From Schmidtea polychroa (Eukaryota), in contig CM097888.1 of the NCBI GenBank assembly GCA_044892525.1, positions 89,838,001 through 89,902,000 on the forward strand: a DNA stretch of 64,000 nucleotides, in the 5' to 3' direction. The number at the start of each line of letters is the position of its first letter. Position 1 is the stretch's first letter. The notes beneath the pieces are model-generated. The model was not told the origin of the DNA and made no database searches. It saw only the letters and a list, made by a program, of their open reading frames with translations. The position numbers were made by a program, and so were the translations under genes. Below, in pieces: positions 48,732 to 61,045 of this stretch.

Positions 48732-49897
48732 ATGAATAATTTTTCCTGTCAGTTAAAAGAGAAAATTAGAGAATTAATGCAAGAAAATACAATTAGTTTC
48801 TGCAACCAGCCTGGGGTGGCCAACTACCAAGTAAAAGAAGTTATTAAAAAATTTAATAAATCTAAGGTACGTTGCCCCGCGTGCCAAAGGATTTTACGTG
48901 CCTTTTACGTGTTACACTTGAAGCGGTGCTGGAAGGTATTTATAAACTTTATAAATATTATAATTATTTTAATTTTTTTAATTAAAGCTATAAAAAATAA
49001 AATCATGGAATATTCAATCAAAAATAAAGAAAATAAATGTCTATTGTACCAAGGCTATGAATATACAAAATATAGGGAAAACCAAGGCGGAGTCGTCACC
49101 TGGAGATGCAGAATCTACTTTTCCACGAAATGCCGAGCATTGTTGAAAACACAAGGAGAAAACATCGTTGGAGAGGTCCCTCAACACTGCCATCAATCAA
49201 ATCCTCAAAAAGCACAGGCAAATATTTTAAAGGCTAAGATTAAGAAGGACATAAAAGCAATTGGTGCAACTCCAAGAAATATTCTGGGAAATGCCTTAGC
49301 ATTAGTAAGTAGCGATGTTTTGGAACATTTACCAAAGCAATCCTCACTCACAAGAAATCTTGGTAGACATAAGGAAACTTTTTCTTTGCCGAATCCAGCT
49401 ACAACTGATTTTATTATACCAGAGAAATTTCTTGATCTCATTTTATATGATACAGGAACTGATGATCCAGAAAGAATATTGGCAATCGGGAATAATGATA
49501 TTGTCTAAGAGCTACACAAGGATGTCATTTATGGAGACGGAACATTTGATAAAGCACCTAAATGGATCTATCAGCTGTATACATGGCATGCTAAGATTGG
49601 AAATTCATATTCTCCATGTATATATTTTCTTTTACAAAAAAAGAATATGAGTACATACAACAGGATGTTTGTAATACTAAAGGAACCACCAGCAGCACCA
49701 GTTAATATTGAAGCGGTGCTGCAAGGTATTTATAAAATTTATAAATATTATAATTATAATTTTTAGCTATACAGCAAATGCAACATACTATACAACAAAT
49801 ACAAAATACTCAAAACGATCTCAAAGCTGATCTCGAGGCGAGGGTCGATGCACTGGAGCTACTCAAAATGACATGGCAGCTGCCCAAATCGAAATGA
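48732..49897 (+). pseudogene. Chimera: Zn module, FLYWCH, MULE transposase N-half, array linker and coiled coil; one premature TAA at 49506
   Basis: LLYQGYEY...TWRC...KCRA...HCH (FLYWCH, about 49040-49195); YGDGTFDKAP...QLYT (MULE first catalytic Asp); joins EPPAAPVNIEAVLQ in frame at 49683, then a 41-nt intron at 49726-49766. Confidence 0.8.
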
Positions 49898-52023
49898 ATG
49901 GCAGGCTGAATGCTCTTGAGTGAACCATCAGTTTCAGAAATAACGAGTTGTTTAGTCATCGAGTTTTTTTCAATAAATGCCGCTGACACATGTCCAGTGC
50001 CTTTATCATCCTATAATATATAAATGATAATAAATATAATATATAATAAAATTTAAAATTTATAGTAAAATTTATAAACTCCATGTTGAAAATTAATAAA
50101 TTAAAACAAAATACAAATAATGTTTTCCAAATTTTATTAATTGATTCTAATTTTTATGATATTTTAATATATTAATATTACTGTATAAGGTCAAAAATTT
50201 CTCGTAGATTAATGTAATAAATTGGAAGATGAAAATCGTTAATAGCATCTCTCAAAAATAGATTTTTTAATCTTTATAAAGATTGGCTATTTGTTAAATT
50301 TCGAAATACGTTATCACAATTTTCTGAAAATTGAAATTACATTGATTAGACCTTGTTCAACATCAAATTGTCGCTTATCCAAAGTTATGTTATACGTTAT
50401 TGTCTTTCAATTGAAGATTTTCGCAACTATTGCTATTTGACCTATTTATCTTTTTTTAAGTTGAATATGATACGATAATAACAAATACATGTATAAAATA
50501 TATCATCTGTTGAATTTAATAAATAGTTAATTTAAAAATAATTTTAAAAAATGCATACAATAAATTCTCATCTACGTTGTAAATTGACAAAAACTAACTT
50601 TAAAATTTCAAACTTTTTCTGTGAAACATCCACAACTGACAGATCTGTATATTTTTTAAGCATCTGTAAGGAAACATAATTTACAGTTCAAATTATATCA
50701 TAAAATATCACATAATCCTTTTGAGTGGCATAGGATTAAAACTGATACTTTTTGATCAACTTAAGTCTATAAATAATTTAGTAAGAATAGATTATTCTAT
50801 CAATTTACCATTTTAAACTCTAATAAATCCTGGATAACAAGAATCATATATGCAGCGGTAATCTGGCTGAAATAATTAAATGACACCGGTTTGAATATCA
50901 GTTGGCTGATCATAATTTAATTCTGATAAAGTCTGCTTATTAATATATAAAAATTATTTAAAAAATTATGAAAAAACAACCTTTGGTCTAAATGGAATTC
51001 ATCAAAACTTGCATCCATTACTAATACTTTCAAATAAATGTAATATTAAAACAAATTATATTTATGTTAAAAAGTATTTATATTAAAGCATTGTTCTATT
51101 TTATTTTTAATTTTAAAAAAATATGGTGAATATTAAAGCATTGGTTTATTTTATTTTTAATTTTAAAAAAATATGGTTAAAAAATAGTTATTATAAGAAT
51201 TATTAATCTGACAAAAAAAAGTTATTAAAAACAAACAAATAATAGTTAAATCTGACTTGTTTCTAAAAGACTTGATATCCTTCATTAGTTTATTTATTAC
51301 AATTTCTCTTTTTTTATAAAAGTGCCAATACCAATTATTTTAAGACCAGTAATAATATTATTCCTTTATTAAAATTTCCTCAAGTCACTCGATTTTTCTT
51401 TCTTTCATACTCTCTTGAGAGTGAAATTTGACTCGATGAGGTGAAGGAAATCTGATGATTTCGTATGGGTTGGCGTATTGCAGTTCCTTACTAATACCTC
51501 ATCATACAATGTAAAATTATGACAACCTTTCTTTTTCGTGCCCATATCTATCATATAATTAGCCGCTTTATATAAGTAAACTAAAGTAGATTTTTTAATA
51601 TTTATAAATATTGGCTATTTGTTAAATTTTAAAATACGTTATCACAATTTTCTGAAAATTGAAATTACATTGATTAGACATTGTTAAACATCAAATTGTC
51701 ACTTATCCAAAATTATGTTATACTTATTGTCTTTCAATTGAAGATTTTCGCAACTATTACTATTTCGCAACGTCCTTTTATAATATTTTCTAGATTTTAC
51801 TAATTAATTTTCATAATAAATTTTTCTTTTTATTTAAGTAATATCGTTCAAATATATTCATTCTAATTAGATTACCTTAGATTAGATTATTTGTTGAGTC
51901 ATTTGTTCTTGGGCAGCTGCCATTTGTTGATCTAATTATGGTCATTCATTCTGTGTATATTTCGTTCGAGAATATATTCCTAATCGCTTAACCTGTCCAC
52001 TAGATACATAGAAAATCAATTAC

Positions 52024-52700
52024 TTGAAATTTACTATCGGAACCACGGAATGTGTCATTCATATAAATGATATTTTGGTTTTATCAAAAAATGTTAAAGA
52101 AGTAAATATCTTATTACGGGACCCACCAATCTTCTTTCAGAATAGGATTTCCATGCTAGATATTCAAGTCGTAAAGGAAGAAACATCCGATGCAGAATTC
52201 AATGAATTCATTACTAATTTCTATCGAACAGCTCTGAAAGTCATTGAAATAGGCAAAAAGTCTGTATCTTTTTATAGGTCATTAGATATATCCATAAGAG
52301 ATTTTTCGGATGTGGTCAATAAATATGACAAACCAGACAGAAGGGCTCATAGGTTGTTAATTTATGAATTCATTATTCACATTAGCGCAAATATCTCCTT
52401 TACCAAGCGCGTAAAACGAATTGACACAAGAATGTATCGACTCATACAGACGTGACATCATAAATCGTGTTCAACTTATAAATTATTTTCAAATTTTTTC
52501 AGAAAAATTCTCAAAATTAATTGAAAAGTACAATTTTTCAATAAAATGATTTGAATGGCTGATAGAAAGAGTTATTGCCTTCTTTGAAAATGTCTTATCA
52601 AGAGAAATTAACGGGTTTGTACCACATTTATCTATGGGAAAATTGTCAATTTCAAACCCCTCCATGAGACATATCAAAATACAGGATAGAATACAATAAA
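52024..52700 (+). pseudogene. Orphan coding-like segment (143-aa ORF plus a frameshifted continuation)
   Basis: The ORF is followed in another frame by DIINRVQLINYFQIFSEKFSKLIEKYNFSIK*FEWLIERVIAFF; not recognised. Confidence 0.3.
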
Positions 52701-53939
52701 TACAAAATATGATAATGAATTACAGTGAATTACAGTCTTATTGGTACCGAATTTGATAGCCTTGTAGAGACAGTCTCAATCTTTGGATTACAGCGTTAAT
52801 GATTACGTAAAATGTCATTAACATCATTTTATTTATACTATTATTTATATAAAAAAACTACTTATAACAATAAACAAAAATTAAAAATAAATCATTTAAA
52901 AAGCATTAGTAATTATTAAATTTACCTTCTTCAGTTTTAACGAAATGCCGCTAATGACGAGGAACAAAAAGTACGTCGCCGGAACTTAATTTCATTACAT
53001 GTGGAGTAGTTTTCATTAGATTTCAAAAAATTCATTATGTTTGAATATAAATAAATATACAAACCATCTTGATTTTTAAAAAACAGTTTTTTTTGTAATT
53101 AATAAAACATACAAATTAATATTTCATTCAAAAATATTAAAAAGTAAATGAATGTATTTAAATTTACATTTCATAGAAATTTATTCTTTAAAACTTAGTT
53201 AAAATTTATTATCGGATTTTTAAATTTTTATTCAAATTTTTCTTTAGTAACTGAACAAGTTCAATGGCCACAACCAACTAGAATTTGATATCAAGTTATA
53301 GTTTTAGGCTCCAGTCTGTCTAACAAGGTCAAGAACTTGACCTACCATCACGGTATCTGTAAGCGGATGAAGTGACTCATCGATAATTTTATAAAACCAG
53401 AATTCAAGTCTTAAAAGTTACCTAAAATTAAAAAACTATTATGAAAGCCATTTAATGTGAAAAAAATGAAGAAATTGAAATGAAGAAATGAAATTTCCAT
53501 ATAAATATCATTGAGCAATTGAATGGCATATACAGATATATTGTCATATCGGAACTGCCTATCATTTGGATGACCGTATCCAATGCATCATCATTGTGCC
53601 CAATGTGCTCCTCAAAATCCTGATCCCAAATCGTTTCCGAATTCGCCTCATTCGCGACCATTATGTTCATTACGCTGATTAAGTGTAGAATGAACTCAAA
53701 CTACTATTTAGATATGAACTCTGAGGTTTAGCATTGTGAAATTACCTTTCCGTCGTTATTTTATCTTTGCTCGTCAACTGATTCAATGTTTCCTTCACGG
53801 ACATATTCAGGGAACGGTATCTAAGAACCGAATCAAGAACGATAATTAAGGAGTTAAACGGGTAAAAATTATCCTATTATTAGGAAGAGGGGTAAAAAAT
53901 ATTATAAAAAAATGTTTTTTCATTTACTCGACATTAGTA

Positions 53940-54452
53940 TTTGGAACGTGTACGTTTTGTATAAAAAAATGGAGGAGAAAAATCTAATTTAGAATTTAGC
54001 AGCAAGCTGATCGAGAGCCTTATTCAAAACTACCACAGGGAAATAAATGTAAAAAAAGCAGGCAGACCAAAATCGTATGGTATATTACCTCTAACAGAAC
54101 GACACTTTCCCAGTATTATTCCGCAAACGCCAAAAAAAGGAAGTCCTTCAAGACGTTGCACTGTGTGTTCTTCAAAAAGAGACAGTAAAGGAAAAAGAAA
54201 GAGAAAGGAAAGTCGTTATATGTGCAATATTTGCAATGTTGGGCTATGTTCTGTACCTTGTTTTGAAATTTACCATACAAAAGAAAATTTTGAATAGTTT
54301 TAGTTTATTATTTTTCAGCTAATAAATATTATTATTTTATTGTTACATTATATTGTTATTTATTAAAATTGGTTCAAATATATATTTTCTTAAAGAAAAA
54401 AATTGATTTTATTTGGTCGTTTTTTTTAAATTGTGCGTTAAGAGGTTAATTA
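53940..54452 (+). mobile_element. piggyBac (PGBD4-like) 3' fragment: end of the DDD domain, Cys-rich C-terminal domain and right TIR with TTAA
   Basis: WNVYVLYKK...LEFSSKLIESLI...RHFPSIIP...RRCTVC...ESRYMCNICNVGLCSVPCFEIYHT*, then GCGTTAAGAGG|TTAA. Confidence 0.85.
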
Positions 54453-54639
54453 ACTAAATCAAATTATTCACAATATATATTTTATTATTCACGTAAATCT
54501 AATGGTTAAAGTGATTGTTTCGATTTGTATTGATTTGTAGATGGAGCAGTTGCGATATGCATTTGACGAATCTTATAGTGACCGTAGGCATAGCTTTCAT
54601 TACAATTGAACCAATACGTTTTATCATCCAAACATTGGA

Positions 54640-55747
54640 GAGCTCGTTTTTCTTTTGAGGTTCATCAGTTTTGGAAAAATAGGAGTACTCCATATTTCGT
54701 TGGTGGACCAGTAAATTCTTTCTTCCGATTTTTTGATAATCCCCTGAAGTATGCTAATTGCAAGAAATATCATAATTTCATTTTATCCACGTTTCTCCAT
54801 TGAGTGGTAGATCCGCCAGGTTGTTGTTCAGCATATCTATTTGTTTCTAATATTATAATATTTAACACTGAATCATCAAAAAGCAATTTGAAGTACTCCA
54901 ATACATCATAATTGTCGTCAAGAACAAACGTTGTACCTGGAGCGGCAATATATGGAAATCTTGGTGGAGGTGGATTTGGTTGGCTAACACATACCTGCTT
55001 CCAATCAGCAGCGATATCTTCATCTGAACTATCTTCAGATTCACTGGAATAGTGTTCAGATTCTTCTGAACCACTTTCCGAAAAATTTGCGTATTCTGAT
55101 TCGGAATCGCTCATTTTCTATATATATTTTATTAAATTAAATTTAAAATAAAATAATATTCTTTATTTCAACATTAGAAAACATACCTTTTATACACTAA
55201 AATTCAAATTTACTCTCTATAAAAATAACACCATAAAACAAAACCGTTTTTATATACACTTACTTTAGCTTACAACGATGTATAGGAATGGTTTGGCAAA
55301 AAAATTAACCAAGTACTTTATACTTCGCTAAATAGATACGCACATTTATTATATAAGAAATAAATGATTCCTTTTACAACTTCTTTATACTTCGCTATAT
55401 TTTACTTCTACTATACTATACTTTACTTCACAACTTGCATAACTGAAAATCGAAAAATAAATGAAAGAAACTGACTCAAAATGCTTTAAATTTTTTGTTT
55501 ATACAAGTGTTTGTGTAAAAAACACGAAAATATATACGAAAAAAAATCTTTGTTCGCTCTCTGTTTATTCCTGAATAAGCAAAATATAGAGAGCGATCGG
55601 AGAAAACTGGAGAGTGATAAATAAATTAGTCATAACAAAAAAACTCGTATATATATACTCGTAAATATTAAAAACGTATATATACGTCTCTGCACATTTT
55701 GGTCGGTTTTGCGCGCCCGTATATATACGTTTGTGTGCGTTAAGGGG
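54640..55747 (-). mobile_element. piggyBac (PGBD4-like) 5' fragment with left TIR and frameshifted N-terminal transposase
   Basis: Acidic N-terminus, EYFKLLFDDSVLNIIILETNRYA, then after a frameshift IMIFLAISILQGIIKK...YWSTNEIWSTPIF; TIR CCCCTTAACGCAC at 55735-55747. Confidence 0.85.
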
Positions 55748-56089
55748 AACTTTTTTTTCTAAGGGGAACTAATCTTATTTTGATCTCACATTTCAAATTA
55801 GATCGAAATCCTATCAAAACTGCCCGAGTTCCGAAATTTCTGGGAACTGGTCATCGTCTGGTTATCAATGTTGTAGAAATTACCAATATGAGTCTACTTC
55901 TAGACGCATGTTCTAACATTTCATCAAAATTGGTTTAAAAATAAATTTATATTGGAAAAAATTTTTTTTAGTACTCAGGTCCACATTTGCTCCTAGAACT
56001 TCCAAGATTCTGGACAAACAAAAAAGTAATCTAAAACAATATACACCTTCGGGAAATTCCCCGTCCAACAATATATCACACGATATTGT

Positions 56090-56212
56090 AGCTCTTATGG
56101 TTGTGGATATATATAAAAGACGTATATATAAAAGACGTATATAGACGTCACTGCACATTTTGTCCGGTTTTGCGCGAACGTATATATACGTCAGTGCGCG
56201 TTAAGGGGTTAA
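56090..56212 (-). mobile_element. Additional piggyBac terminal fragment with TTAA
   Basis: TTAA|CCCCTTAACGCGCACTGACGTATATATACG, similar to 55680-55747. Confidence 0.75.
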
Positions 56213-58961
56213 AATGTGTTTTATCATTTAATAATTCATTTATCCAATCAATTTAGATAATTAGTTTTAAGTAAGAATTATTATTTTTTCACGAAAGACT
56301 GTTTTGTTTTTTTTTGAAAAATTAATACCCATTTTATTTAAAATTAGCACAGTTTTATTTTATAATAATTCTAATAATTACTAATTAAAGTCATATTCAA
56401 ATTGATATATTATTATTATTATTTACACTCTTGTTAGAATATATTAATTGTAAATGTAAAAAAATAAAATAAATAAAAAATGAAATAAAATAAAAAAAAA
56501 TTAATAAAAAAAACAAATTGATTAATTAATTAATAAGTAAATTAAAATAAATAAATAATTAAATAATTAATTAAAAATAAATAAATAAAAATTGACTTAT
56601 ATTTAATCTAGACATTGGGATAACCTTGAAAGTGCGTTGGAGTCCTTACATCTTACTACTATCTTTAATATTCAAAATCTTTCACTGCCCCTGAATTCAC
56701 TAATAGCAATTAATCTATAACCATAAAACTACTACTTTGATCGTTGGATTCATAATTATATGATGAAGGCTTTATTTCAATATTAAAATAATTCATATTA
56801 TATGAACCATAAGAAGTATTCGAGTTGCTATAAGAAACACTCGGATGATCCGATATATCACTACTTCTAAAATGATATTAATGTGTGAACCTTGACCTCT
56901 GTAACAAAGATTCAGCATTATTAAATACACATAATAACAAAAATGAGTGAGAAATTTAATATTAGATTACCTAAATTAAAATATAATTTTGCGCTCAGGT
57001 AATTAGTTATTGAAGCATTTACGGGAGGGGGAGGGGCAAACTGATTTTGTGCATGATGCGCTGGAGCTAGAATATTTGTTTTCATCTTGACTATTCTTGA
57101 TACCATCTTGTTATTATTTGACACGTTGGCTTTTGTTCACTTCTTTAATAGATACATTGGATTTCTAATTCTTTATCCACCTGATATACATTTATGATTA
57201 GTTCCCATACTTGTTTCTAACTCTTATCAGGCCCTACCCGTTGGAACTGAGTTCGATGTCAACCACTTTTGGTTTAAATGTCATTTTCTTGGCTTTGTTT
57301 TTCTTTGGTAGTTCTTATTAATTTGCATGCTTCATTTGCTGAACTGTAAGAAATGTAACTCAATTGGTCTGAATGAAAACCTACAGTTCAGATAGAGAAA
57401 ATATTAGGAAGATTCAAATTACATAATATGTGTCAGAAGTCAAGGAAATGAAGAATGCACATTAATCGACACGTCACTTAGTTGTAGTGAAACCAACAAA
57501 AACAAGTCCCTTACTAGATTAGAGGTCAAGTTCGAAGTATTTTTCTATCAACGTTTCACACCTTCGTAATTATTATGATAAAAGAAACTCCTTGGGAGAC
57601 ACTACATGTTAGTAATGTGAATCAGAAACAGGTTGGGATTAACAAGTAATGGAGCACCAACGGTCTCGCACGGGCCGTAGTTTGACCACCCTTACATTAT
57701 AAGAGTAAGTTTAAAAATGAAGGTTAATTCAGAGAATGCTCAACCTTTACGTTTACCAAAATTTGTCAACATAGAGTTTATTGTCAAATGAAAAACAGCC
57801 ATTTCCTAAGCGTTTCAAAGATTTCCTATCTAATTATTGAATATTAGTATAAAAAATTATTTTATTATATAAAATTTGTTTGTTTAAATAATCAAATTCA
57901 AAACGCCAATTTTTCACAAGTTTGGGGAGACCTGTAAATTGTGCAATTCTAGACACAGACCTTTATAGGTTCCATTGACTGATATCTTTCTTCACAGCGC
58001 AATGAACGGTGATACGTTGACCAACACTATAAGGCTTTGGAAATTTTGATCGTTTTCAATACAACCTTCAGAGATTATCCTCGATTATTTGTTTAAATGA
58101 TGTGGTGAAACCTTTACTTACTGATAACTTGCAACAGGTTGAGATTATATAGAAATTCACGATGTAAAATGAACGAACTGACTGCTATAGCTATCCGCTT
58201 ACAGTACCATTTGGAAAGTATGTGATGGAGACATCCGTCATGTCACTGCATTTGCAATTTTTGATGACGATTATAACCATTTTGGCCCTCGACGTTTTCA
58301 AATTTGTAATAAAATTTAATTAACATTATTTATTCATTCATAATTCAATAGATGAATATTAAATTGTGAAAGCATTTTTGTGTTTTTAATATTAGATTAG
58401 CAAATGTCCACTTAGGTTCGCAGCTATAATACTTTGTGAAATGATCTTTTCTGTCATAATATCTTCTGAATCTGGTGTAGACTACCTAGTTTCTCCACTA
58501 TTCCAGGGGTTTCTTTCAATAAGATCCTCACCTGGAAGCCCATATTTACGAGAGCTTAATTGTAACCATGGTAATTAGATTCTAATGACTGGTTTTTATA
58601 AGCTCAAGGGCCACATGAGAAACAATATGAAGTGATTTTCTGTGTTTCTATTGTTAAATATTCTTCTTATTTTAACCAAGATGAAACTTTTCTATGAAGA
58701 ATGCCTCCAGTAAATGTCATGCTGCCCTGGTTCCAAAAAATGATTTCAATATTAAGAGTAACCAAAAGTACCTCTAACTACAATGAAAAATACTCTTTTC
58801 TATCTTTCTGAAATTAAAAAAATCAATATAAAACAAAATCAATATAAAACAACAAAGATAAAGCACTATCAAATTTATTAGTTAATAAAAGTTATAAAAT
58901 AAATGGAAATATAGAAAGATATAAAAAGTATGCAAAATATACGCGAGTTGCAATAATAGGA

Positions 58962-59489
58962 TTAACCCAATGGAGGCCTCTCAAACACCATTGACAACGT
59001 ATCCACCAAGGGTGTCATATTGGATGTCAAGCTGCCATCTATTCTATCAAGAGTTATCCTAGTTCCATCGACTCCAATAACACTCTGCAAATACATTTCC
59101 AAATGCTGTGAATTCCATTTCTCTAGACGATCCGACATAATCGATATTGGGTTTCCTCGTGGATTCCCCACAATTTCTATGTTTGAGCTGCCAGTTCCTT
59201 TATTATCAACTATTTCAATCACGATCGATTTCAAAAGCTCCTCTGATGGACGGAGCTCTTCCACTTTATAAATTGAATCAAAGTTTGATTGGCTCCAGAC
59301 AATCAATTGTGCCAACTGATCTCGAATCTCTTTTATTAAACTATTTTTCTCGATCAGACTCATTTCACCAAGAAAATCTTTCAACATCTTTTCGTTAACA
59401 ATGATTGAGACTGGACTCGAGATTTCCTCACAAAGGATACCAGCCAACACAGCAGTAATTGCATTCATTGTAAATAGAGGAAATTGCAA
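58962..59489 (-). CDS. Orphan 175-aa ORF, copy 3 (3 amino-acid changes)
   Basis: A>T, L>M and D>G relative to copies 1 and 2; ORF intact. Confidence 0.5.
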   Translation of the reverse strand: MQFPLFTMNAITAVLAGILCEEISSPVSIIVNEKMLKDFLGEMSLIEKNSLIKEIRDQLAQLIVWSQSNFDSIYKVEELRPSEELLKSIVIEIVDNKGTGSSNIEIVGNPRGNPISIMSDRLEKWNSQHLEMYLQSVIGVDGTRITLDRIDGSLTSNMTPLVDTLSMVFERPPLG

Positions 59490-59885
59490 ACTTTCAACCG
59501 ATGCAAATCTGTAAAAAGTGAAAATCGGAAAATAGAGGTTTCCTTAACTTGATAATCTCGCAATCATCGAGATACCCTTCAAAAGGAATGTGGACGTTAA
59601 AATCAATCATTTGTGAAATTGCTGTTAGGATCACGCCAAATTAATATTCAATCAAAATAATTTCATGAGCAAACAACAATAAATAAATAGATAGGATATC
59701 AAATTGAATATTGCAACTTTGTAAATAACCAAAGTAAAATTAAAATCATTAACAAATGCAAGAAGTATTACAAGAAATAAATGCAAACATTATAAATATG
59801 AATAACGCAATAAAAGCAAATTCAAAATAATAAGAAATTACGAATACAAATAAAAGATTAATCGAAAAAATAAATGAAAATTCCC

Positions 59886-61045
59886 AAAATCCATCATTAG
59901 TATATTGATGAAGAGTCTATTCGCTCAATGGGATCACAACCAGCAAAAATGTATGGGCTTCCAAAAATCCATAAAGATGGCGTGACTATAAGACCTGTTT
60001 TATCCATGATGGATTAATAAAACCATTAATACGAGTAGAATTTGAATGTAAAGATAGTTTTGAATTTGTTTCCTGCATTGCACAATATGATAGACAAAGT
60101 ATGGATGAAATTATGGTTTCGTTTGATGTTTGTAGTGTGTTTACTAATGTACCATTGGTTGAAACTATTGATTTATGTTGCTTGTTATGGAATGGAAACA
60201 TTTCTGAACATTATATTTTGGATATAAGAGCATTTCGTGAACTTCTTGTATTTGCTACTTCAAAAATCAATTTTCTTTTCAATAATGAATGGTATCAACA
60301 AATAGATGGGGTTGCTATGGGTTCTCCTTTAGCACCAACGATGGCTTCAATTTTCTTGGCAAGCTTAGAAAAGAAAATTGCATCTTTCCAAGGTATGAAA
60401 CCCACTGTTTATAAAAGGTATGCGGCAAGGATGATGAGCCTAAATTTGTGTCAGCTTTGCCGTACTCAGAAGGTTTTAAGGATTATAAAGTGACGATAAG
60501 GAAACAGTTAGGGAATTTAAACTATAGGATAGTGTCAACTTCATGGAAAGTACGCAATATGTTTATTAATAAGTCAAAAACTCCGGTCGAATTGTGTTCC
60601 GATCTCATTTATCAGTTTACATGCAATGGGTGTAATGCCACATACATTGGAGAGACTTCCCGTTATCTCTGTATTCGAGCTCGAGAACATTGTAGACCGA
60701 AAGCTTTTTACCATATTGGTGAGTACAATAAAGTAAGATCAAAATAGGTATGTCTGATTTTAAAATTTTATTAAAAAATTTCGATAATTATTGGGAACGT
60801 GTGATTTGTGAGGCGTTGTTGATAAAGTCATTGAATCAAAAAATTAATGTGCAGAATGCAGTTAATACTTGTGTTTTAAATGTTTTAAAATAATTTTTGG
60901 TGTATTGTATGTATTGATTGCTTAATTAATAAATTTTTTTTTAAATAAATAAATTTGTTTAAAATCTTTGATTTATAGTTAATATATCCCACCTGATGAT
61001 GACAGGAAAACTGTCGAAATATATCGTGAAAAGAATGTATTATTA
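59886..61045 (+). mobile_element. Penelope-like retroelement, 5'-truncated and internally deleted (RT plus GIY-YIG endonuclease)
   Basis: PAKMYGLPKIHK...IRPVLS; MVSFDVCSVFTNVP; YQQIDGVAMGSPLAPTMASIF; LIYQFTCNGCNATYIGETSRYL..RAREH; 3' hammerhead. Confidence 0.92.
60990..61028 (+). ncRNA. Minimal type I hammerhead ribozyme at the Penelope 3' end
   Basis: CAC-CTGATGA-T-GACAG-GAAAA-CTGTC-GAAA-TATATC-GTG: intact core, perfect 5-bp stem II, palindromic ATATAT stem III, AUC cleavage site after 61025. Confidence 0.85.

Larger units (their letters stand above)
35292..49923 (+). repeat. Complex tandem array of shuffled mini-exons (Zn module, acidic Pro/Gly linker, coiled coil, 18-bp minisatellite), including three near-identical units of about 2.8 kb (37070-39917, 39918-42714, 44590-47415)
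   Basis: Recurrent modules separated by 41-44-nt AT-rich GT-AG introns; ORF-track periodicities of about 2830 and 4670 bp. Confidence 0.92.

Noticed and set aside
53300-53670. Two-exon gene model on the minus strand
   Set aside because: The candidate splice puts a TAA in frame at the acceptor; I could not build a consistent model.
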